Assembly (NCBI GenBank): GCA_963845755.1 | Contig: CAWJTV010000049.1 | Span: 64,001-128,000 of the forward strand | Length of the DNA stretch: 64,000 nt | Origin: an uncultured Planctomycetota bacterium | GTDB lineage: Bacteria; Planctomycetota; Planctomycetia; Isosphaerales; Isosphaeraceae | Reading direction: 5' to 3' | In this document: positions 1 to 11,344 of the stretch, in pieces | Position numbering within the stretch: the stretch's first letter is position 1 | Layout: the number at the start of each line of letters is the position of its first letter | Made by a program: the position numbers and the translations under genes | Notes under the pieces: generated by a model | Databases searched by the model: none | What the model was told of the DNA's origin: nothing | The model's input: the letters and a program-made list of their open reading frames with translations, nothing else

Positions 1-937
1 CGGAGGCCGAAAGCGGTGGCAGTCCGTCGTCGGTCAAGGCCCCGCGCACCGCGGCGCAGTAGTCCCGCACCACCTCCGCCTCCGCGTCCTCCGCGTCGTC
101 CTCCAGCTCCTTCTCCGCCGCACGCTCGATCTTCCGGATGCCCCGCACCCGCTTCTTCAACTCCTTCTTGGCGTGGCGATCCGCCTCGTAGATCGGCTTG
201 GCCGCCTCGCGGAGGTAGTGGAAATGGCAGAGCTGATGGGGGACACCTTTGAGGGCGATAGCCACGGCGTTGCGGATGCTCTCCTGACCGTCGGAGACCA
301 CGCCGGTGATCGGCACCGGCAGGACCTTCCGCACCTGGTCGATCAGGCCGGCCAGGTCCTGGGCCGTGGACGACAGCAGGCTCTTGGCCAGGAGGATCTC
401 GCCGGAGAGGCAGTCGCGCAGCACCCAGAGGACCTCGTGGCCGACATCCGGCTGCAGGCCGTCGATGGCCAGGATGACGCGGCCCTGCGGGCGCAACAGC
501 GGACCGAGTCGCTGGGGATCGGCCGTGGCCAGGGACCGCAGCTCGTCGTAGCGGTCCAACAGGTTGGTGACGGTGCGTTCGGCCAGGATGAGCCCGCGGT
601 GCGTGAGCTCGCGGTGGATCTCGGGGATGCTGCGGTGCTCGGCATAGCGGAGCCGGCCCACCAGGGCCATGACGTCGAGGCCGAACTCGTGATAGGGCAA
701 GGCGAAGTGGGGCTCAGCCTCAGGGCGGTAGGGTCTCAGGAAGCGGGAGCAGGCGGGATTGGGGCAGCGTCGGATCGTCAGGGTCAGCCGGAAGACGCCG
801 TCGAGGGTGCTGATGGTGCGAAAGTTGTTGTAGTCGGCACCGGTCCGGTGCTGGCACTCGGGGCAGTTCAAGAGGACCGGAGTGAGGGTTAAGGCGCGAT
901 CGGGTTGCGGTCGAGGTCGTCGTTTGTGGTTGCGCAT
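1..937 (-). CDS. DDE transposase, 5' part (3' end outside window)
   Basis: Same sequence as the 5' part of the 542-aa transposase at 49633-51261; ATG at 937. Confidence 0.9.
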   Translation of the reverse strand, partial: MRNHKRRPRPQPDRALTLTPVLLNCPECQHRTGADYNNFRTISTLDGVFRLTLTIRRCPNPACSRFLRPYRPEAEPHFALPYHEFGLDVMALVGRLRYAEHRSIPEIHRELTHRGLILAERTVTNLLDRYDELRSLATADPQRLGPLLRPQGRVILAIDGLQPDVGHEVLWVLRDCLSGEILLAKSLLSSTAQDLAGLIDQVRKVLPVPITGVVSDGQESIRNAVAIALKGVPHQLCHFHYLREAAKPIYEADRHAKKELKKRVRGIRKIERAAEKELEDDAEDAEAEVVRDYCAAVRGALTDDGLPPLSAS

Positions 938-1018
938 GGAAAGCCTCCTCTGCTCTGTTCTGTTCTTACGTCCATTATACCAAGCCGAGGGGCTTCCCAG
1001 CTACTTTTGCTATCCTAG
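1..1018 (-). mobile_element. IS element copy 1 (partial, runs off window start), Mutator/IS256-superfamily DDE type
   Basis: Positions 1-1018 match 50325-51342; overlapping ORF translations are identical in several frames. Ends in the terminal inverted repeat CCAGCTACTTTTGCTATCCTAG (997-1018) followed by T8C. Confidence 0.93.
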
Positions 1019-1329
1019 TTTTTTTTCGCGGCTCGCCACTTGCACCATCCTTCTTTGGCTTGTCGCGAACGGGTGCGGGCTTGCCCGGCATCGGTCCGGG
1101 CCAATCGCTGGCGAAGAGCACGTACCGTTCGACCGGCGACAGCCCGAGGGTCCTGGATCAACTCATCGTATCCCTCCGGCTCCAGGCGCCTCGGCAAGTC
1201 GGGCTGTCCGTGCCGGAACGCGTAGAACGCCATACCCTGGGCGATCTGGCCGACGAAGACGCAACGCTGTGTGGTAGCCGAGTAGAACTGAATTCCTGAT
1301 GGAGGATCCTCCCATCGTTCCCAGATCAA
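1015..1329 (-). CDS. Hypothetical protein, probably truncated by the IS
   Basis: 104-aa ORF with TTG start after a G-rich stretch. Its TAG stop (1015-1017) lies inside the IS terminal repeat. Confidence 0.4.
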   Translation of the reverse strand: MIWERWEDPPSGIQFYSATTQRCVFVGQIAQGMAFYAFRHGQPDLPRRLEPEGYDELIQDPRAVAGRTVRALRQRLARTDAGQARTRSRQAKEGWCKWRAAKKN

Positions 1330-1396
1330 TCAAACCCCCGATGAGTGCCACGCCGACATCGACTGCGGTTGCGGGGGTCGTACGGTTTGGTGAGGT

Positions 1397-1407
1397 GCTT
1401 GCCCACC

Positions 1408-1411
<4 letters not shown>
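1397..1411 (-). repeat. GTAG-type REP half-site (GTAGGGTGGGCAAGC)
   Basis: Shares the GTAGGGTGG core with the element at 60722 and resembles the one at 46368. Contains the likely true TAG stop of the upstream hydrolase. Confidence 0.5.
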
Positions 1412-3473
<2,062 letters not shown>

Positions 3474-3742
3474 GAAGGATTCTCCTGATTGGGTTTGCCC
3501 CGATCAGGTCGAGAGTGTGCTCACCCTCAACCACTCGGAAGGAGGTCCCGATTCCGCGCGTGACAAGAGACGCCGTCTCTCCGCCTACAGTAATAGATGG
3601 TCCGGTTGATTGCCCGCAAGACCGTGGTACTTCACGAGGCAATCCGATCTCCATTGCGGTCCCATGAATGGTTGCCCTGATACCTGGATGATGCCGTGGC
3701 GGTTTCCTTCGTCGTAGTCCTGCCAAGATCGGAGGCGTCACC

Positions 3743-5032
3743 ATGATCTCCTTCGTGCTGGTCACCTCGGTTCTGCTGGCCGGTCAGAACGCGACGGCTC
3801 CGAAAGCGAAGGCCACGGAAAAGGCGGCGACGAAGATCGCACCCAGTATCGATCCGGGCGAGGCCCTGGCGAAATACAACGAGTTGCGGGATAAGACACC
3901 ACCGACAGCCGCCGCCCATTGGAAACTCGGGCTCTGGTGTGAACAGCACGGGCTGAATGCCGAGGCTTATCTGCACTTCGCCGAGGTCGTGCGGCGAGAC
4001 CCAAAGCGCGATGCGGCCTGGAGAAAGCTCGGTTTCAAGAAGTACGGCCGTCGGTGGACGACCGACGAGCAGATCGCCGGAGACAACGAGCAGAAAAAGG
4101 CGGACAAGGTCTGGGGACCGCGGCTGAGAAAGGTGCACAAGGACATCCATGGGGCCCACGGGATCACGAAGCGGGACGAGGCGCTGACTGTTCTCGACGC
4201 GATCTCGGATCCCCGGTCCATTCCGTCGGTCTACCGCGAGTTTGGAGTCGGGGGCCCATCTCACCAGCTCCTCGCGATCCAGATCCTTGGCCAGATCAAC
4301 AAGCCGCTCTCCTCGAAGGTCCTGGCCATGCTGGCTGTGTACGGCAAATCGCCGGACGTCCGGCGGCGCACGACCGAAACGCTCCGCGACCGGGCGCCCG
4401 AGGATTTCCTCGACCTCCTCGTCGGCCTGATGGTCAACCCTCTCAAGTACGAGGTAAGACCTGTCGGCGGGCCCGGCTCGCCAGGCGTGCTCTTCGTTGA
4501 GGGAGAGCGGTTCATCGTGAGCCGGTTCTACGCGCCACCGCCTCCGCCGAACTTCACGCCAGGACCGGGCGACATCGTCACCTACGATTCCTTCGGCATG
4601 CCGGTCATCACCCATTCGCTGGCCTCCTTGGGCAGCCCGAGCAAAGTCGCGGGTTTGCCGGGACTTTCGCTACAGCGAGAGATTTCTGTTCAGTTCTCCG
4701 CTCGACAGATGATGATCGAGGCCCAGAAGGGAGCCGTCGTGGCACAGTCCCAGCTCGAGGGCGACGTGTCGCTGATCAAGTCGATCAACGATGCCCGAGC
4801 GAAGTTCAACGATCTGGTCATTGCGGTCCTGAAATACGTGATGGGAAATGACCGCGGCCGGACCCCCAAGGAGTGGCGCGACGCCCTCGCCGCGGCGAAC
4901 CTGTACGTCAAGCAACCATCCCAACTCTCCAAGAAGTCGACTCTCACCGAGCTGGTGCCGCTGGCGTATAGGCCCATGTTCGGGCCGTTGCAGTTCGTGA
5001 CCGACACTCGCTTCACCTTTGGGGACGGCTGA
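3743..5032 (+). CDS. Exported HEAT/alpha-repeat Planctomycete protein
   Basis: GGAGG RBS, signal peptide, AHWKLGLWCEQHGL...AAWRKLG motif, helical repeats; 429 aa. Confidence 0.75.
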   Translation: MISFVLVTSVLLAGQNATAPKAKATEKAATKIAPSIDPGEALAKYNELRDKTPPTAAAHWKLGLWCEQHGLNAEAYLHFAEVVRRDPKRDAAWRKLGFKKYGRRWTTDEQIAGDNEQKKADKVWGPRLRKVHKDIHGAHGITKRDEALTVLDAISDPRSIPSVYREFGVGGPSHQLLAIQILGQINKPLSSKVLAMLAVYGKSPDVRRRTTETLRDRAPEDFLDLLVGLMVNPLKYEVRPVGGPGSPGVLFVEGERFIVSRFYAPPPPPNFTPGPGDIVTYDSFGMPVITHSLASLGSPSKVAGLPGLSLQREISVQFSARQMMIEAQKGAVVAQSQLEGDVSLIKSINDARAKFNDLVIAVLKYVMGNDRGRTPKEWRDALAAANLYVKQPSQLSKKSTLTELVPLAYRPMFGPLQFVTDTRFTFGDG

Positions 5033-5280
5033 CCGGAGCTATCCCGGTAGCTTCCGGTCCGGAAGCCTAGCCCTCGCGAGCGATCGCCCAACGCTCGCGG
5101 GACCGACTCGACGGGCCCTCCCCAGAAAAGCTCAAGTTTTTCAGGCCAGCAGCCGACATCCGCGATTGACGCCCTCGGCGATCGGTCGTATGATCCCGCC
5201 CGATTCGGCCTGGTCTGGCACGACCAACCAGGATTCCGAACGGACTCGACGCGCACTCGAGACGGAAGGGAGGTCGTCGC

Positions 5281-7152
5281 ATGGGGCTGGCTCTGGGATG
5301 GATGGCAATTGCGTTGGCCGGGTTGGCAGGCACACCGCAGACGGAACGAACGAATGGTCCGATCAGGTACACGGTTCGCTTCGTGGAGGCAGACGGCCTG
5401 GGCTGGCGTGAGGGCGTCTTCACCCGCCTGACGCCCGTGTCCCGTCAGGGGGCCGCGACGATCTGGACGGCACCCCGGGCTGTGATGCCGAAGCTCCTGG
5501 AAAGCGCGACCAAAGATTCCGGCTCGAACGGCTGGATGAGCCCGATCATGTCCGCGAGACCAGGCGCGCCGGTGCACTTCGCGATCCGCAAGAATCAGCA
5601 GCTCGTCACCCAGGTTGCCTGGAACGGCGACGACCGGCCCGAAATGGCGAAGTCGGAAACCGTGCGGACCGGCCCGGTCGGTACCATGACCGGCCGCCAG
5701 ATCGATCAGGGTGTCCTGGTCCAACTCGTCCTCGAGGACACCGAGGTCCGTGCGGTCCATCGTGTCACACTCGCCGGCGCGGAGGCCCACAACTGCCAGG
5801 CCACACCGTCAGCGGCGGCCATGGTGAAGCCGCAGGCGTTCATCGGCCAGGGCAAGGCCGCCGGGCTGACCGCCTACGCCTATCAGATTCAGGATTCACA
5901 AGCAGGTGGTTGCTGCTCGTCGGCGACCTGTGGAACCGAGACGAAGGCGGTCAAGACGGGAGCCGAGCAGAGTGTTGATCGCGTCCTGGTCTTGTCGCTG
6001 CCTCCCTTGATCGAATCCCCGATGCCATGCGAAACGCATCCGCATGGGACGATCTCCGAGATCCGGATCAAGGGCAGTGCGACGATTCCTGTCGAGATAA
6101 TCAAGGCCAAGCTCCTCAGCAAGACCGGCCAGCCGATCGACATGCACAAGATCGACGCCGACATCAAGTCGCTGATGCACGCTAAGTGGTTCTCCGACGT
6201 GCAGGTCTACTATGCGCCATTCCAGGATGGGCGGAGGAGCCTCTACTTCGAAGTCCATGAGAAGCCCGCTCCGACCCACGCCGATCCTGCCACTGAGACG
6301 TGCCCGAACGCTCCGGCCGCGGTCAATTCGACCGCTTCGACCGACTGTGCCTCTCAGAAGGACGAGGTGATTCAGGCGCACCTGGAGCGGATCAGCCCGG
6401 CATCCGCGGTTTGTACGTCCTCGACGTCCTCCGTGGCGTGCGTGAAGGGTGACGAGACCCGAGCAGTCGCGATCGAGGTTCCTGAGATCGACAGCCAGGA
6501 GATCATGGGCGAGTGGCTGGTACCGAAGGACGGCATCCTGCTGGTGAGCTTCGGCCCGCACACCGTGGCGGACAAGGATGGCAAGGCCGTGGTCCGCGAA
6601 CGGCTGGCGATCGTGGAGGCTGAGGGGATCACCGACGGGGCGGTCCAGCGAACCAGCCGGGTTCCGGGCTTCGTGCCGTCGCCGCGATCGGTGCTGCCGC
6701 CCGCGACGGCCGCGCCGCGAACCATCCCCGCACCCGTCGTCGCTCCCAAGGTGCCGATTGCGGTCCCAGTCCCGCCGAGCCGATCGATCCCGCAGGGGGC
6801 CCACCCTGATGGCACTCCGGCCGAACTGCCTCCGCTCCCCGCCGATGAGATCGAGACGCCGCATCCTTCCCAATCGGCCGAGCCAAGCCCTAGCCCGCAA
6901 ATCAAGAAAACTCAACCGCCGGCCAATCCCGAGTCCGACTCGCAGGCGAAAAAGACCGGCTATCAGACCACCCCGACGTCAACCGCCATTCCCGGCATGT
7001 TCCTCGCGACGCCGAACGTTGGTCTGCAGTTCCTCGTGCCGTTCAAGCCGATCTCGTTCCAGCTTCCGTTCAACCGCCGACTGGAGATCGAAATCTTGGG
7101 CCGGGTCGTCCCCAACCCGGAACCCATCGACAATCACAAGACCGACGAGTAG
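5281..7152 (+). CDS. Exported hypothetical protein with an internal POTRA-like domain and Pro-rich C-terminus
   Basis: GGGAGG RBS and hydrophobic N-terminus. ISEIRIKGSATIPVEIIKAKLLSKTGQPIDMHKIDADIKSLMHAKWFSDVQV...LYFEVHEKP fits the BamA-type POTRA pattern. Confidence 0.75.
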   Translation: MGLALGWMAIALAGLAGTPQTERTNGPIRYTVRFVEADGLGWREGVFTRLTPVSRQGAATIWTAPRAVMPKLLESATKDSGSNGWMSPIMSARPGAPVHFAIRKNQQLVTQVAWNGDDRPEMAKSETVRTGPVGTMTGRQIDQGVLVQLVLEDTEVRAVHRVTLAGAEAHNCQATPSAAAMVKPQAFIGQGKAAGLTAYAYQIQDSQAGGCCSSATCGTETKAVKTGAEQSVDRVLVLSLPPLIESPMPCETHPHGTISEIRIKGSATIPVEIIKAKLLSKTGQPIDMHKIDADIKSLMHAKWFSDVQVYYAPFQDGRRSLYFEVHEKPAPTHADPATETCPNAPAAVNSTASTDCASQKDEVIQAHLERISPASAVCTSSTSSVACVKGDETRAVAIEVPEIDSQEIMGEWLVPKDGILLVSFGPHTVADKDGKAVVRERLAIVEAEGITDGAVQRTSRVPGFVPSPRSVLPPATAAPRTIPAPVVAPKVPIAVPVPPSRSIPQGAHPDGTPAELPPLPADEIETPHPSQSAEPSPSPQIKKTQPPANPESDSQAKKTGYQTTPTSTAIPGMFLATPNVGLQFLVPFKPISFQLPFNRRLEIEILGRVVPNPEPIDNHKTDE

Positions 7153-7200
7153 CGAGGCGATCCGGTGTCGGGACGAGTTGACAGGCCTGTCCCGACGATT

Positions 7201-7968
7201 CTACAACGACGAGGTATAGCCGCCGTCAACCGGGACCGCGATCCCGGTGACATAATCGCTGGCCGCGCTGGCCAGCCAGATCGCCGTGCCCGCCATATCG
7301 GCCGGCTTCGCCCATCGACCTTGCGGAATCCTTGACAAGACGCGCTCGTGAAGGCCCGGGATCTGCTCCCGGGCCTTCTCCGTCAGCTCGGTGTCGAACC
7401 AGCCCGGCAGGATCGCGTTGACCTGGATCCGGTCCGCGGCCCAGGCGAGTGCCAGACTCTTGGTCAACTGGACGATCCCTCCCTTGCTCGTTGCATACGC
7501 GGGCGCAAAGCTGGCGCCGAAGATCGATGTCATGCTGCCGATGTTGATGATCTTGCCGCCGCCCTCCCGTTTCATCGCCGGATAGACCGCCTTCGACATC
7601 AGGAACGCGCTGGTGAGGTTGGCGCTCATGACTTCGTTCCATTCCGCGAGCGTCATCTCCTGCGGAGGCCGGCGGATGTTGATACCGGCATTGTTGAACA
7701 GGATGTCGGCGCGGCCGAACCGGTTCAGCGTCTCATCGGCGGCGCGCTCGATGTCATCGGCGCGTGCAACGTCGGCGGTGACGACGAGCGTCTCGGACCC
7801 GGTCTGGGATTGGATCTGGGCCGCGGCCGCTTCCGACTTCGCCGTGTTCCGACCCAGGACGGCGACCTTGGCCCCGGCCTGGGCCAATCCCATCGCGATG
7901 CCCAGGCCGATCCCCCCATTGCCCCCGGTCACGATGGCCACTTTGCCGGTCAAGTCGAATAGGTTCAC
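7201..7968 (-). CDS. SDR family oxidoreductase (KduD/2-deoxy-D-gluconate 3-dehydrogenase-like)
   Basis: TGGNGGIG, NNAG, YATSKGG, VDGG motifs; likely GTG start at 7968. Confidence 0.9.
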   Translation of the reverse strand: MNLFDLTGKVAIVTGGNGGIGLGIAMGLAQAGAKVAVLGRNTAKSEAAAAQIQSQTGSETLVVTADVARADDIERAADETLNRFGRADILFNNAGINIRRPPQEMTLAEWNEVMSANLTSAFLMSKAVYPAMKREGGGKIINIGSMTSIFGASFAPAYATSKGGIVQLTKSLALAWAADRIQVNAILPGWFDTELTEKAREQIPGLHERVLSRIPQGRWAKPADMAGTAIWLASAASDYVTGIAVPVDGGYTSSL

Positions 7969-8037
7969 TTCGTTCTCCGTTTGTATGACAGGTCGCAAAT
8001 GGGCAAGGCCATGCAGGCCGGGCAGCTCTCGTCTCCT

Positions 8038-9969
8038 TCAATCCCACTTGAGGATCGCACCGGTATCGGCGCTGGTGGCCATCTTGGCATATCGCGCGAG
8101 GTAGCTGGACTTGATCCTCAAGGGTCGCGGAGCCCAGGCCGCGCGGCGGCGGGCGAGCTCCTCATCCGAGAGGCGGACGGAGAGCACGCCGTTGGGAATG
8201 TCGATATCGATGATGTCGCCGTTCTGGAGGAGGCCGATCGGGCCGCCGACGGCGGCCTCGGGGCTCACGTGGCCAATCGACGCGCCGGCGGTCCCACCGG
8301 AGAAGCGACCGTCGGTGATCAGCGCGCATTGCTCGTCCAGGCCAACTCCTTTGATGGCCGTCGTTGGTGCGAGCATTTCCTGCATCCCTGGCCCGCCCTT
8401 GGGCCCTTCATAGCGGATCACGATGACATCGCCCGCCTTGATCTCGCGGTTGATGATCCCCTCGAAGGCTTTGATCTCGCTCTCAAAGATGACGGCGGGA
8501 CCCGAGTGCTTGAGCATCTTGGGACTGACCCCGGCCGTTTTGATCACAGCGCCCTTGGGCGCGAGGTTGCCCGAGAGCATCGTCAGGCCGCCGGTCTTCG
8601 AATAGGCGTTCGCCACGGTTCGGATCACGTCGTATGGGTCGAAACCGTCGTCCTCGGGACCGTTTCCGGCCGGATGTCGAGCACTGCTGTGACCGTTGCC
8701 GTTGCCCGATTCTTCCTCGCCGGTTTCGCCTTCCGCGTCGAGAAGGGCGAGCCCGGCGGCCTGCGATCGGGCCTCGGCGGCGACGCTGGGAACGGTCCAC
8801 GCCTGGCTGCTGCGCTCGCCGCCGGCGCGGATACGCGTCAACAACCGGGCCGCGGCGACTACCGCCGCGCCCCGCACATCATATTCCTCGATATTCTCGC
8901 CGATGGTCTTGCCCGTCACGGTGGGACAGGTCAGATCCATCAGGCCGGGACAACCCCGCGCCACCTCGCCCAGGATCGTGTGGATTCCTCCGGCGCGGGC
9001 GACGTCCTCGACGTGATAGCGGCTCGACGGACTCACCTTGCAGAGGTTGGGGGTCCGCTTGCTCAGGGCATCGATCCGATCGAGCGTGAACGGCACACCG
9101 GCCTCGTGCGCGATCGCGAGGATATGCAGGACCGTGTTGGTGCTCCCGCCCATCGCCATGTCGAGGATCATCGCGTTGTCGAAGGCGGACGGCGAGGCGA
9201 TCTCTCGGGGCAGCAGGCCATGACCCGGCCCGAGCTTGCCGAACTCCCGCGCCATGGCCACGACCCGATTGGCCGCGCGTTCGTAAAGCGCCTTCCGATC
9301 GGCCGAGGTTGCCAGGATCGTTCCATTGCCAGGCAAGGCCATACCGATCGCTTCGGCCAGGCAGTTCATGCTGTTGGCCGTGAACATTCCCGAGCAGCTC
9401 CCGCAAGTCGGGCAGGCAGCTTTCTCGATCTCCTCCAGTTCCTCGGCCGAGAGCTTACCGTTCTGCTTCTGCACACCTCCAACGAAGGCATCGATCAGGT
9501 CGACGGTCTTCCCCGACGCGGTGCGCCCCGCTTCCATAGGGCCGCCCGAGACGAAGATCGTTGGGATGTTGACCCGCATCGCCCCCATGAACATGCCAGG
9601 CACGATCTTGTCGCAGTTCGGGATGCAGACCATCGCGTCGAAGCAGTGCGCCTGGATCATCGTCTCGACGCTGTCGGCGATCAGCTCGCGCGACGGCAGC
9701 GAGAACTTCATCCCGTCGTGGCCCATGGCGATGCCGTCGTCCACGCCGATCGTATTGAACAGGAACGGGACGCCCCCCGCCGCGCGTACGCATTCCTTGA
9801 CGTAGTTCCCCACGACTTGGAGATGGACGTGTCCCGGGATGATGTCGACGTGACTGTTGCAGATGGCGATGAACGGCTTGTCCCAGTCCCCCTCGCCAAC
9901 GCCGGTGGCACGGAGCAGACTGCGATGGGCGGCGCGGGTGTCTCCCCGCTTGATCGTGTCGGAACGCAT
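8038..9969 (-). CDS. ilvD: Dihydroxy-acid dehydratase
   Basis: [62 protein letters not shown] motifs; probable ATG at 9969. Confidence 0.97.
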   Translation of the reverse strand: MRSDTIKRGDTRAAHRSLLRATGVGEGDWDKPFIAICNSHVDIIPGHVHLQVVGNYVKECVRAAGGVPFLFNTIGVDDGIAMGHDGMKFSLPSRELIADSVETMIQAHCFDAMVCIPNCDKIVPGMFMGAMRVNIPTIFVSGGPMEAGRTASGKTVDLIDAFVGGVQKQNGKLSAEELEEIEKAACPTCGSCSGMFTANSMNCLAEAIGMALPGNGTILATSADRKALYERAANRVVAMAREFGKLGPGHGLLPREIASPSAFDNAMILDMAMGGSTNTVLHILAIAHEAGVPFTLDRIDALSKRTPNLCKVSPSSRYHVEDVARAGGIHTILGEVARGCPGLMDLTCPTVTGKTIGENIEEYDVRGAAVVAAARLLTRIRAGGERSSQAWTVPSVAAEARSQAAGLALLDAEGETGEEESGNGNGHSSARHPAGNGPEDDGFDPYDVIRTVANAYSKTGGLTMLSGNLAPKGAVIKTAGVSPKMLKHSGPAVIFESEIKAFEGIINREIKAGDVIVIRYEGPKGGPGMQEMLAPTTAIKGVGLDEQCALITDGRFSGGTAGASIGHVSPEAAVGGPIGLLQNGDIIDIDIPNGVLSVRLSDEELARRRAAWAPRPLRIKSSYLARYAKMATSADTGAILKWD

Positions 9970-10221
9970 GGTGCGGCTCTCATAAGATGCACGACGGTTG
10001 GAATCGAATCGCTCCAACCCATCCTATCAGACGTCACCGGAAGGGCCAAGCCGGGGAGCGGAGCCGAACGCAAACCTTCACCACAGGCTCTCCTCCGGCC
10101 GAAAAGTTCCATAAGAGGAACGCGGATCGACGAAGCTCGTTCATGACGCCATGACCGGAGAATGGGAGCGAGACGCGAACTCGGGAGATACGGATTCAAG
10201 AATGCGTCACGAGCAGCAAAT

Positions 10222-10944
10222 TCAAGGGGCGGTTCTCCAGAGGAAGTGCCCGATCATCAGGCCGGCGATGAACGACATCGCGACCGAGAGGAGGACGAAC
10301 AGCGACCAGGCCAGGACGACGGTCGCCGGCAGGGTGACCTCGCGGATGCGCCGGGCCTCGATGGCCGGCGGAAGGATCGGCGAGGTCTCGAACTGGATCG
10401 GCGGGACGACCACGTCCACAGGAGGCACGGGAAGCGGCGGAGGCGCGGCGATCGGGCCGGGGGTCGCGGCGAGCGGAGGGGGTGCGAAGGCCGGCTCTGG
10501 CGGAGCCGTGGCTTCAGGAGCCGGCGGCAGCATCTCCGGCGCGAAGGTGGCGGGGAACTCGAACGGATCCTGGCGAGTCGTCGACGTAGGCGGGGGTCGG
10601 TTCGTCAAACTTTCGAAGAACTCGGCCTCGACGCGCAAGTCCTCGGGTCGAAGCGCGGCAACGTCCGGCGGGATGATGGCCGCGATCTCCGACAGGAACG
10701 GCGACGGTTCTCCGATGGAAGTTGATGAGCCGGCGACCGATGTTGAGACCTTGACCGAGGAAGTCTGACTCGCCTCCAGGTCGGGATCCGCTGACCCGTC
10801 ACCTTTGGACGGAGTCTCCAGGCGCGGAATCATGAGATCGGCCTGGCATTTCGGGCACGCGACCACGGTGCCAACCTTGTTCGGCGCCACGGCCAGGAGT
10901 TGGTTGCATTGATAGCAGCGAATCTTCAGCCGTTCGACCGCCAT
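10222..10944 (-). CDS. Zinc-ribbon, Pro-rich linker, C-terminal transmembrane protein
   Basis: N-terminal CYQC...CPKC, Pro-rich middle, C-terminal hydrophobic helix. Confidence 0.8.
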   Translation of the reverse strand: MAVERLKIRCYQCNQLLAVAPNKVGTVVACPKCQADLMIPRLETPSKGDGSADPDLEASQTSSVKVSTSVAGSSTSIGEPSPFLSEIAAIIPPDVAALRPEDLRVEAEFFESLTNRPPPTSTTRQDPFEFPATFAPEMLPPAPEATAPPEPAFAPPPLAATPGPIAAPPPLPVPPVDVVVPPIQFETSPILPPAIEARRIREVTLPATVVLAWSLFVLLSVAMSFIAGLMIGHFLWRTAP

Positions 10945-11344
10945 GGGTCGTTCCCTCGCTTCCCAACGAATCTGGCCGGCACACGGCGGCCGCCCCGAGG
11001 TTATCGCACTCCAGCCTACGCAACTCGATCGCGGTCCGCTACCGCAGTACCTGCAGCCCAGGTTTAAGGACGGGAACGAATAGTGGAATGGCTCACGACG
11101 TCCGAATGACCAGGCGACTTGACCTGCTCCGCGAGGCTGTCACAATAGGTAAGCGTTCCGTGGAGCGGAGATTGCGTCAAGGGGCTCGTTCCCGAGTCCG
11201 AGCCCGAATGAACTCGGATCGACCGACGGAGCCGATCGATCGGTCAGGAGGCGATCGGGCGGAGTCGTGAATCATCCCTGGACCCCCGGCACGGCACCGG
11301 ATCACGCGGAGACCGATATGGGCAACCACACGAGGGAACGCGAC

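Noticed and set aside
7981..10146. 721-aa plus-strand ORF
   Set aside because: Antisense shadow of ilvD, typical of high-GC codon bias; no recognisable motifs.
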